Positions 34,349 to 41,850 of a stretch of DNA of 64,000 bases are shown in pieces. The position numbers and the translations under genes are program-made. Position 1 is the first letter of the stretch; each line of letters starts with the position of its first letter. This stretch comes from Sphingomonadales bacterium. GTDB taxonomy: Bacteria; Pseudomonadota; Alphaproteobacteria; Sphingomonadales; Sphingomonadaceae. The stretch is taken from the NCBI GenBank assembly GCA_027486895.1, contig JAIXOE010000028.1, forward strand, positions 25,437 to 89,436. Reading direction: 5' to 3'. The notes under the pieces were generated by a model, which was not told the origin of the DNA, searched no databases, and saw only the letters and a program-made list of their open reading frames with translations.

Positions 34349-35143
34349 TCATTCGGAAGGGGCTTCAATTGCACGGCGCAAGTCGTCGGGAACAGGCATC
34401 GGTTGAAAAGCGCTGACGTTCGAACGCCCGGTATTACCGACCGGGATGCGTCCGGTCAGCGCGCCCAAAGGCGCAAGCGCGAGCCGGACAAGTTGCCCTA
34501 CCGTCTCACGCCAGTCGCGTTGTTCGACCGCAAAGCCGAGCATCGACACATGACTGGCCAGATGCAGCCCCAAATGCGGCTGCGATACGATGTGCGCTCG
34601 TTCGAGGTGCAGCCATGCAGTGGCCTGCTCCCCGGACGCTCGTGCGTTGCGAAATAAGGTCATTTCATCCGCGATGACGCGGCGCATCGGCAGCGTCCGC
34701 GCAAGCCCGCGCCATCGCCGCTGCCTGTGCGAATAGAAAATCTGGGCAAACCCCCAAATGAACGGGGTCAATATTCCGGCAGAAATTTCGACGTTATCGC
34801 TATAATGTGTCCCGCCACCGGCATCCGGCGCAATCGTAATCCAATGGTCCCACTTGGGAATAAGCGTGCTGTAGCCATTGTCGCGCAACCGCTTTGGCCA
34901 TTCGCCGGTTTCAGGCTCGTGGAGCGAGGTCACAATCCACTGCGTCCCGAAAGGGATAAACCCGAACAGACGCAACTTGACCTGATAGCGCCCGCCGGGC
35001 TGAAAGGCGTCGAGCGAGGTTTCGCCAACAGGAATGAAGCACACCATCGGCCATGCAATATGCTGCAACAGGGGCGCGGTCTGAACCTCTGCCCAAACGG
35101 TCGCGGTCGGCAGGTCGATCCTAGTCGAGCGGGAAACTTTCAT
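34349..35143 (-). CDS. SRPBCC-like domain fused to DUF3703
   Basis: Real start is ATG 35143 (ATGA overlap). N-terminal SRPBCC-like part; C-terminal HLERAHIVSQ and GRIPVGNTGRSNVSAFQPMPVP. Confidence 0.7.
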   Translation of the reverse strand: MKVSRSTRIDLPTATVWAEVQTAPLLQHIAWPMVCFIPVGETSLDAFQPGGRYQVKLRLFGFIPFGTQWIVTSLHEPETGEWPKRLRDNGYSTLIPKWDHWITIAPDAGGGTHYSDNVEISAGILTPFIWGFAQIFYSHRQRRWRGLARTLPMRRVIADEMTLFRNARASGEQATAWLHLERAHIVSQPHLGLHLASHVSMLGFAVEQRDWRETVGQLVRLALAPLGALTGRIPVGNTGRSNVSAFQPMPVPDDLRRAIEAPSE

Positions 35144-35766
35144 GCTGCAACCGACCGCAATTCGGCGTTCGCCTGCCGGAACACCTGAACGCCGCCAGTG
35201 AGCGCAAGTCCCGCCATGATCGAGGCAACAATCAGGTCGGGCCATGCGCTGCCGGTCCCAAAAACGCCAAGCGCTGCCAGCATCACAGCGACATTGCCAA
35301 TGGCGTCGTTGCGCGAGCATATCCAGACCGAGCGCATGTTCGCATCGCCGGTGCGGTAACGGTAAAGCATCAAGGCCACACCAACATTGGCTGCTAGCGC
35401 CAACGCGCCGATTGCGCCCATCATGGTCGGGTCCGGTTCGGTACCGTTGATGAAAGCAAGCACCGCGCTGGCAAAAACCCAGGCGGCAAAGCCAAGCATG
35501 AACAGCGATTTGAGCAATGCCGCCCGCGCCCGCCATGCCAGGGCTGCCCCGACGACCGCCAGACTGACTGCATAGTTCGCAGCATCGCCAAGAAAATCGA
35601 GCGCGTCGGCTTGAAGCGCGCGGCTGTCCGCCGCCGCGCCTGCACCCATTTCCACGAAGAACATGGCGGCATTGACGATTAGCGCAATCCAGAGAATGCG
35701 CCGCCAGCGCGGATCGGCCTTGGCCGTTTCGCTCCCGCAGGCGCTTTCGCAACAACTGTCCGCCAT
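35140..35766 (-). CDS. Short CDF-type cation transporter lacking the C-terminal cytoplasmic domain
   Basis: N-terminal CCESAC, ALQADALDFLGD and WICSRNDAIGN; 208 aa. Confidence 0.8.
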   Translation of the reverse strand: MADSCCESACGSETAKADPRWRRILWIALIVNAAMFFVEMGAGAAADSRALQADALDFLGDAANYAVSLAVVGAALAWRARAALLKSLFMLGFAAWVFASAVLAFINGTEPDPTMMGAIGALALAANVGVALMLYRYRTGDANMRSVWICSRNDAIGNVAVMLAALGVFGTGSAWPDLIVASIMAGLALTGGVQVFRQANAELRSVAA

Positions 35767-35802
35767 TCAACATCCTTCTCGACAAATCCCGAGTCGGACA
35801 TC

Positions 35803-35833
35803 TATCTACACCCTGTAGCAACTACAGGGTCAA
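35803..35833 (-). promoter_or_regulatory. MerR-type promoter/operator (CadR/PbrR-like)
   Basis: TTGACC-19bp-TAGATA on the minus strand with a perfect dyad ACCCTGTAG-caa-CTACAGGGT (35810-35830). Confidence 0.88.
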
Positions 35834-35850
35834 GCAGTAAGGATTGGGCA

Positions 35851-36258
35851 GTGAAAATCGGCGAACTCGCGAGTGCAACGGCAACCAAGGTCGAGACGGT
35901 GCGCTACTATGAAAAGATCGGCCTGCTGCCTCCGCCTGCGCGCACATCGGGGAATTACCGTGCCTATGGCAGCGAACATCTTGCCCGCCTGTCATTCATT
36001 CGCCGCGCGCGTGATCTCGGCTTCACGCTGGAAGCTGTGCGGGAATTGCTCACGCTGTCGGACGACAAGGCACAATCGTGCGAGGCAGTCGATGGCATCG
36101 CCCGCGTCCACCTCACCGAAATCGACCGCAAGGTTACTGATTTGACCGCGCTCCGCAACGAACTCGACCGTGTGATCGGCTCCTGCCGCCACGGGACGGT
36201 CGCCGATTGCAAAATCATCGAAACATTGGGGCCAAGAGTAAGAGCCAACATCGTTTAG
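35851..36258 (+). CDS. MerR family regulator, three Cys (CadR/PbrR-like)
   Basis: VETVRYYEKIGLL HTH; Cys in SCEAV and in C-x7-C (CRHGTVADC). Confidence 0.9.
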   Translation: MKIGELASATATKVETVRYYEKIGLLPPPARTSGNYRAYGSEHLARLSFIRRARDLGFTLEAVRELLTLSDDKAQSCEAVDGIARVHLTEIDRKVTDLTALRNELDRVIGSCRHGTVADCKIIETLGPRVRANIV

Positions 36259-36274
36259 CCTCTCGCTGCGCCGT

Positions 36275-36469
36275 TCAAAACATCTCCAACTGATTGCGCA
36301 TCGGGTCCCAAAACCCGATATCCAACGCTCGTTGGCCCCGCTTGGGTTGCATCGGCTGATTGGCAAGCGAGCCAAGCCGCTCCCCCATGCTGACGGGCGC
36401 AACACCCACCATCACAATCTGGTCGGGGTCGGGCGGCGTTATCCGCGGTAACGTCTTGCGCTTGGCCAT
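36275..36469 (-). CDS. Small hypothetical protein (element backbone)
   Basis: MAKRKTLPRITPP..DIGFWDPMRNQLEMF; co-oriented immediately after the DUF3768 gene. Confidence 0.55.
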   Translation of the reverse strand: MAKRKTLPRITPPDPDQIVMVGVAPVSMGERLGSLANQPMQPKRGQRALDIGFWDPMRNQLEMF

Positions 36470-36482
36470 TATCTGCACTCGC

Positions 36483-36884
36483 TCAATATTCGTCGGCAAG
36501 CATGATGATCAGCACCCGCCGCGTGACGGCGGCGTTTGCCGCGTCCTCGCTGGCAAATTGCAATTCACGGTCATAATAATCCAGTTTCCAGAACACCCGT
36601 GCGCGCTCATCCTCCCGAACCCTCGGGCGCTCGGTCGTCCACCGCCCATTGCCAAGCTGATAGACGCACCCAAAATCGCGTTCGCCATGCGGGTCGTTAT
36701 CCTCGGTAAAAGCGTCGAATGTTTCGATAAGTTCACGAACGCGAGACTGGTCAGCATCGGACAGCGACCGAAAACCGACAGTAGCAACGACGGTGCAAGC
36801 AACCCCCATCGCCTGCCGCGCAAGGTCGTTCAAACGCGCAATCCGTGCTGCCTGTTCACGCGCTGAAATAGGAGCCGCGCTCAT
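36483..36884 (-). CDS. DUF3768 domain protein
   Basis: RIARLNDLAR, FDAFTEDNDPHGERDFG, VFWKLDYYD and RVLIIMLADEY. Confidence 0.88.
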   Translation of the reverse strand: MSAAPISAREQAARIARLNDLARQAMGVACTVVATVGFRSLSDADQSRVRELIETFDAFTEDNDPHGERDFGCVYQLGNGRWTTERPRVREDERARVFWKLDYYDRELQFASEDAANAAVTRRVLIIMLADEY

Positions 36885-37093
36885 TGCACTCGCCCTTGTC
36901 TTTGGTTGGCAGTCCGCGCGTGGCGTTCTTCGCAAATCAAGACCAAAGCGCCAAAATCTTCGCGCTCACCCAGCCGCTCGGCAATCCTCTGAACGCACTC
37001 CAGCGGCAAACCATTTTCGTTGGCCAAATCACGCAAATAATCGTCGCGGCACTCCGCGCCGCAAGCACGATAGTTCAAAAGCAAATCGGTCAT
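36881..37093 (-). CDS. Small hypothetical protein (element backbone)
   Basis: 70 aa with DYLRDLANENG..EDFGALV; ATGA overlap with the DUF3768 gene; AAGGAAGG SD-like sequence upstream. Confidence 0.6.
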   Translation of the reverse strand: MTDLLLNYRACGAECRDDYLRDLANENGLPLECVQRIAERLGEREDFGALVLICEERHARTANQRQGRVQ

Positions 37094-37612
37094 CTCAAAC
37101 CTTCCTTGTAGCGAAGCCGCACTGGCTGCGGCATGCGGCTCTGCCTTCCGGCGAGGATGGGAGGGGGAGGGAAAGCTGAATCGCTACCCTTGGCGCGGGC
37201 CAGCGGGCGCAAAGCGACCGCCACACGGGGGTGGCTATTCTGCTTTGGGAACGAGAGGGCAAAGCCCTTGGCGTTCCCACACGATCAATTGAACGGAGGC
37301 GGTTAGCCTCCCCTAGCCGCCACGCGGAAAAACGACTGCACCCTTGCACAAAACGACGCCAGCCGGACGCCATGCGCCCGGGCCTGTGGGCCAGCGGGCA
37401 TTCGGCAAGGAGAGTGGCAAGAGCGCCAGCGGGTCAGCTCAAGAACGCCGCACCCTAGGGAGCGCGAAGCGCGGGGAAGAGTGCGACCCTAAAACCTCCC
37501 GCTCGTCGAACTCCGCTCCCGATCGTCACCCGAATGGGCCGGGACTACAGGCCCGGTCTGCGCCAGCGGATAGAGCGGGTTGCCCGTAAGGGCAGCGCCT
37601 TAGCTTTATAAT

Positions 37613-38002
37613 TCAACTAGGTTCAAAGGCCTCGATAATCGGACATCGCCCATCGCCGCCCTCGGCACATTCATCCGCCAAGCGCCGAAGCGATTTTCGC
37701 GCGGACTGGAGTGCCGCAATTCTCTCGTCAATCTCAGCTATCCGCTTGTTTGCGAGTTCGCGCGCCCTCGCCCGGTCTTCGGTAGCGTCCAAGGCAAGCA
37801 GTTCGCCGATCTCTGCAAGCGTGAATCCTCCGGCCTGTGCCGCTCTGATAAAACGCAGACGGCTGACGTCAGTTTCGTCATACCGCCGAACCCCGCCGTT
37901 ACGTTCTGGCTCAACGAGCAGGCCTCGCCGCTGGTAAAAGCGGACGGTTTCGACGCCCACTCTGCCCGCCGCTGCCAATTTTCCTATCGTCATTGCATTC
38001 AT
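37613..38002 (-). CDS. MerR family regulator, two Cys (CueR-like loop)
   Basis: TIGKLAAAGRVGVETVRFYQRRGLL and C-x7-C (CAEGGDGRC); no Cys at the MerR C82-equivalent position. Confidence 0.88.
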   Translation of the reverse strand: MNAMTIGKLAAAGRVGVETVRFYQRRGLLVEPERNGGVRRYDETDVSRLRFIRAAQAGGFTLAEIGELLALDATEDRARARELANKRIAEIDERIAALQSARKSLRRLADECAEGGDGRCPIIEAFEPS

Positions 38003-38005
38003 CGC

Positions 38006-38037
38006 TTGACTCCGTACTATGCTACGGAACCTATATA
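38006..38037 (+). promoter_or_regulatory. MerR-type promoter/operator of mer-like sequence
   Basis: TTGACT, dyad TCCGTA-N6-TACGGA, extended 19-20 bp spacer to TATATA. Confidence 0.85.
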
Positions 38038-38072
38038 GGCTGGGTGACGTTATCTGCCAACAAGGAACACCT

Positions 38073-38849
38073 ATGACCCAAGCCGCAATTTCAACGCCAG
38101 CGAAAGCCAGTGCCGCCGCCAAAACCGCCACCATCTATCGCATGGTGATGCCGAACCATACCTGCCCTTATGGTCTGAAGGCGCTCGACCTGCTCAAGCG
38201 CAAGGGCTTTACTGTCGAGGACCGCTGGCTGACAGCGCGCGAAGAAACCGACGCGTTCAAAGCCAAGCACAACGTCCAGACGACACCGCAAATCTTCATC
38301 AGCGGCGAGCGTATCGGCGGACATGACGATCTCCGCCGCTACCTCGGCCTGTCAGTCGCCGATCCGAAGGCGACCACCTATCAGCCGGTCATAGCGCTGT
38401 TTTCAATGACCGCCTTGATGGCGCTGGCTGCGAGTTTCGCGGTCTATGGCTCGCCTTTCACCGGGCGCGCCGCCGAATGGTTCATCGCCTTCAGCATGAT
38501 CATCCTCGCGATGCTCAAGCTACAGAATGTCGACAAGTTTGCGACAATGTTCCTGAACTACGACCTGCTCGCGAAACGCTGGGTGCCTTACTCGCGCATC
38601 TATCCATTTGCCGAAGGGCTGGCTGGCGTCCTTATGGCGGCGGGCGCGCTCAACTGGCTGTCGATCCCGGTCGCTTTGTTTATTGGCGGCATTGGTGCGG
38701 CATCGGTATTCAAAGCGGTCTACATCGACAAGCGCGAGCTAAAATGCGCCTGCGTCGGTGGCGATAGCAATGTGCCGCTGGGCTTTGTCTCGCTCACCGA
38801 GAATGTGATGATGGTCGGGATGGCCATTTGGATGATTTTCGCACATTAA
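38073..38849 (+). CDS. Glutaredoxin-MauE/DoxX fusion membrane protein
   Basis: TCPYG and TTPQIFISGERIGG (Grx fold) followed by a TM region with YDLLAKRW and CACVGG. Confidence 0.82.
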   Translation: MTQAAISTPAKASAAAKTATIYRMVMPNHTCPYGLKALDLLKRKGFTVEDRWLTAREETDAFKAKHNVQTTPQIFISGERIGGHDDLRRYLGLSVADPKATTYQPVIALFSMTALMALAASFAVYGSPFTGRAAEWFIAFSMIILAMLKLQNVDKFATMFLNYDLLAKRWVPYSRIYPFAEGLAGVLMAAGALNWLSIPVALFIGGIGAASVFKAVYIDKRELKCACVGGDSNVPLGFVSLTENVMMVGMAIWMIFAH

Positions 38850-38880
38850 GTTCGCGATCTGACAAGCGTTTGGTAGAAGT

Positions 38881-38902
38881 CGCCCGACCAGTTGGCCGGG
38901 CG
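38881..38902. terminator. Hairpin between convergent genes
   Basis: CGCCCG..CGGGCG stem with an inner CCA/TGG pair. Confidence 0.45.
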
Positions 38903-38920
38903 CTTCCTCAATGCAGTTAT

Positions 38921-39073
38921 TTAGTCGTCACAGCAGTCCATTGCCTGCTCGCAACATGCGTCGAGTGCCGCGCAACAGGCGCCCACCGCGTCTGCAACAG
39001 TCGAGGCTTGGGCTGCAAAGGCAGCTGGCGCAACAAAAAGCAGGGCGGCAGCAGCGGCAAAATATTTGGTCAT
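38921..39073 (-). CDS. 50-aa secreted Cys-rich micropeptide with three CC pairs
   Basis: GGAGAG SD, signal peptide ending AFA, mature part AQASTVADAVGACCAALDACCEQAMDCCDD. Confidence 0.65.
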   Translation of the reverse strand: MTKYFAAAAALLFVAPAAFAAQASTVADAVGACCAALDACCEQAMDCCDD

Positions 39074-39163
39074 AAACTCTCTCCGTTGGGAAGCTGGAAT
39101 AGCGTCGCAAAATATCGGCGCTATCAATGATATTCGGGCCAGAAACGCCAACGGTTACAATGT

Positions 39164-39592
39164 TTAATGCTTAGCAAATACGCTCGTTTTACCGGAACCG
39201 AAGGCAATGACGTTATAGCGGTCTGCCGGATATCCCGGCGCTTCCATGCCAGGCGAGCCTAAGGGCATACCAGCAACTGCTAGCCCACGGACACCTTTGG
39301 GCTTTGCTGCCAATACCCGCTTCATATCAGCGACGGGGACATGACCTTCGAAGGCCATGCCGTCGATAAGCGCGGTGTGGCATGATGCGAGGCCAGCAGG
39401 CAATCCGACCCGCCGTTGCAACGCCGGACGGTTCGCATCGTCGATGACTTTGACGCTGCGACCGAACGCCTTGCGGACTTGCGCGGCCCATTTTTCGCAG
39501 CAACCGCAGCCGGGATCACGGTGCATCACTGCCTCGCTTGCCGCCAACGCCGGTGTGGCAACGAGAGCTATTGCCAAAAAGAACTTTCGCAT
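39164..39592 (-). CDS. DUF411 metal-binding periplasmic protein
   Basis: HRDPGCGCCEKW, SCHTA, FEGHVP and GLAVAGMPLGSPGME. Confidence 0.92.
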   Translation of the reverse strand: MRKFFLAIALVATPALAASEAVMHRDPGCGCCEKWAAQVRKAFGRSVKVIDDANRPALQRRVGLPAGLASCHTALIDGMAFEGHVPVADMKRVLAAKPKGVRGLAVAGMPLGSPGMEAPGYPADRYNVIAFGSGKTSVFAKH

Positions 39593-39652
39593 TTTGAATT
39601 TCCTTCAACGAAGAAACGCGGAGAGCCGTCACCAGCCCTCCGCGCCGTCTAC

Positions 39653-39856
39653 TTACTTATGGTCCATGCCACCCATGTCATGGCCTTCATGCTCGTCACC
39701 GGACTTGGCGTCCTTGTCCTTGCAGCAGGCCATCTTGCCATGTTCGTCCTTTTTGCAACAGCAGCACTCCTTTTCAGGGGTAGGTGCTGGATCGGCGGCA
39801 AAGGCAGCGGTGGACATGGTGAGCGCGAGAGCACCCAAAAGATACTTGGTTTTCAT
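39653..39856 (-). CDS. 67-aa secreted Cys/His/Met-rich micropeptide
   Basis: GGAG SD, signal peptide ending AFA, ECCCCKK..MACCK..HEGHDMGGMDHK. Confidence 0.75.
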   Translation of the reverse strand: MKTKYLLGALALTMSTAAFAADPAPTPEKECCCCKKDEHGKMACCKDKDAKSGDEHEGHDMGGMDHK

Positions 39857-39869
39857 GATTTAACTCCGA

Positions 39870-40208
39870 TTATAGATTGAAAAAACAGTGCGCGCCGTGC
39901 CTTCGCGGAGGCGGGATTGGCGGTTTGAGTGCGCCGCCCGACAATTGCGCGCTGGCCGAAAGATTCGGGACCGCGATGACCCGCAAGAGCTGCGTTACGT
40001 CGGCGGTTGCCACGGGCGGAAAGGCACAGGCATGACACGAACGCGCCGCATCGCCACCTTTCTGTCCACCCTTTCCGTCACGATGATCGGGAATGTCCTC
40101 GCAATCCGCCATCATTGCGATTGTTTCTGTTTGAACAGGCGCGGCGCAAATCGGTGCTGCCCGCAGCACGAGCGCAATTGCGAGAAAACAGGCAGCGAGT
40201 ATTTTCAT
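39870..40208 (-). CDS. Small secreted CxxC / polyproline protein (CutF/CruR-like leader candidate)
   Basis: ATG 40208 (ATGA overlap with the PepSY gene), signal peptide, DC at 35-36, CHAC at 58-61, PPIPPPR at 96-102. Confidence 0.65.
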   Translation of the reverse strand: MKILAACFLAIALVLRAAPICAAPVQTETIAMMADCEDIPDHRDGKGGQKGGDAARSCHACAFPPVATADVTQLLRVIAVPNLSASAQLSGGALKPPIPPPRRHGAHCFFNL

Positions 40209-40927
40209 GCCGTGCGCCGCTTGCGCCGAAACGGCCAGCGGATGAACAGTAACACCGAGCCTGCAACGCCGAGGATCAGGCCTCCGATGGCAAATGCCAG
40301 CAGCCACCATGTGTTGAAATTCTCATGGTTCTTCCAATCCATGATGTGGAGGCTCCAGAAAAAATCATAGAGCCGCCATGTGCCGGTGCGAACGGCGGTG
40401 ATTTTCCCGGTATCGACGGCAACAAAAATACTGGTGGCATCGGGGTCAGCATAAGCGATACGCCACGCAGGCAGAGCAGCCCGATATTCAGGGCTTTCAG
40501 TCGTGACGCGCGATGCCTTGGAAACCGGCTTCTCGGCTGACTTCCACGCGGCATTCGCAATGGCCGTTGCTTGGGCGGCACCGACTGGCGGAATTAGCTC
40601 GCCTGTTTGGGCATCGAAGAGTTTGATGCCTTGGGCGGTCGTCACTTCCGCAACCGCGACACTTCCCATCATGTGCCAGTTGATAGCTTGGACCGGCGCT
40701 CCAGCCATTGCGTTTATCTGCGCCGGATCGGCGAACTTGATGCCTGCCGGAATGATCATCACCGTTTCACGGTCTACCAAATGCTCACCGCGCACCTTCT
40801 CGATGGGCAGGAAGCTCATAATTACGCCACTGGCGAACCAGATCAGCAACTGCGCGCCAATAACCAAAGCCAACCATTTGTGGATACGGCTTGCCGTTAG
40901 ATGGATACGGGTGCGTCTGCTGCTCAG
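40205..40927 (-). CDS. PepSY-associated TM helix protein (probable non-canonical CTG start)
   Basis: RIHKWLALVIGAQLLIWFASG and WRLYDFFWSLHIMD. The conserved HKW motif lies upstream of the track's TTG start at 40873. Confidence 0.78.
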   Translation of the reverse strand: MSSRRTRIHLTASRIHKWLALVIGAQLLIWFASGVIMSFLPIEKVRGEHLVDRETVMIIPAGIKFADPAQINAMAGAPVQAINWHMMGSVAVAEVTTAQGIKLFDAQTGELIPPVGAAQATAIANAAWKSAEKPVSKASRVTTESPEYRAALPAWRIAYADPDATSIFVAVDTGKITAVRTGTWRLYDFFWSLHIMDWKNHENFNTWWLLAFAIGGLILGVAGSVLLFIRWPFRRKRRTA

Positions 40928-41850
40928 AACCAGATCCTTATCCCTGCCACAAGGCTGATAGTTTCAGGATCTTCGCCTGAAGCCCGAGAAAAGCGCGCGG
41001 TTGCACCTGTCTGCTTGCGCCATTCCACGCCAATGTAGGGCGCTATTTCCTGCTCGATCTCATAGCGCAGGCGTAACCCGGCTTCGAAATCTGTCAATCC
41101 TGACCCGACACCAATAGCGCGAATGTCCTGAAAAGCGATATTGGCTTCGATCCTCGGCTGCAAAATCAGCGATTGGGTGATCCGCTGGTCGTATGATGCC
41201 TCCAGCCTCGCGCGCACCTCGCCCTTGTTCGAGACAAAGCCAGCCGCATTCATCTTGAACCAATAGGGGGCTATGCCCTCCACACCGGCGACAAGATAGG
41301 TGCGCGACGGGTCGGGCTTTATGTCATACCGGACACCGGCTTGCAGGTTCCAATAGGGCGCTATTGCGCGCGAATAGAGTGCTTGCAACTCCAGATCGTC
41401 AATGCGTTCACCGAATGCGCCTTCGCCTTCAAACTTCACCCCAAACCGGTTGATGTTACCGCCGGTAAAGGCCTCGCCTTCAAACCGGTAGCTTTCTTCA
41501 CCCTTTTGGAAGCCGACTTCGAGCAGGTCGATGGTCACCAACGAATAGCCCATGCCACCTACTTCATAAGCCAGCTCCTTGCGAGACTTTGCCATAATGT
41601 CAGCGCCAAATATCGCATCAGCCGCATGATCCTCTGGCGGGGCTGGCGCTGGCGCATTACCGACCTCGTCGCTCGGAGGCATTTCAGCCGCACTTGAACC
41701 CATGTCATGACCGGCATGGGGATCGTTTTCGGGAGGTGGCTTGGTAGGCTCGGCCTTGACGGCGGGCATGTCATGCCCCTGATGCCCCGATTGTGCGAAC
41801 GCGGGGGTTGCCAGCAATAATGCGGCAGGAAGCAGCAACAAGGTGTTCAT
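40924..41850 (-). CDS. copB: Copper resistance outer-membrane protein B
   Basis: His/Met-rich N-terminus, YSRAIAPYWNLQAGVR, GLRLRYEI..APYIGV, terminal WF. Confidence 0.93.
   Translation of the reverse strand: MNTLLLLPAALLLATPAFAQSGHQGHDMPAVKAEPTKPPPENDPHAGHDMGSSAAEMPPSDEVGNAPAPAPPEDHAADAIFGADIMAKSRKELAYEVGGMGYSLVTIDLLEVGFQKGEESYRFEGEAFTGGNINRFGVKFEGEGAFGERIDDLELQALYSRAIAPYWNLQAGVRYDIKPDPSRTYLVAGVEGIAPYWFKMNAAGFVSNKGEVRARLEASYDQRITQSLILQPRIEANIAFQDIRAIGVGSGLTDFEAGLRLRYEIEQEIAPYIGVEWRKQTGATARFSRASGEDPETISLVAGIRIWF

Noticed and set aside
34349-35821. 490-aa ORF from the track as one protein
   Set aside because: Its first ~226 aa are an alternate frame of the real CDF gene; the credible protein starts at ATG 35143.
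37613-38849. Mercury-resistance (mer) operon
   Set aside because: The operator looks mer-like, but no merT/P/A is present and the regulator lacks the third Hg-binding Cys.
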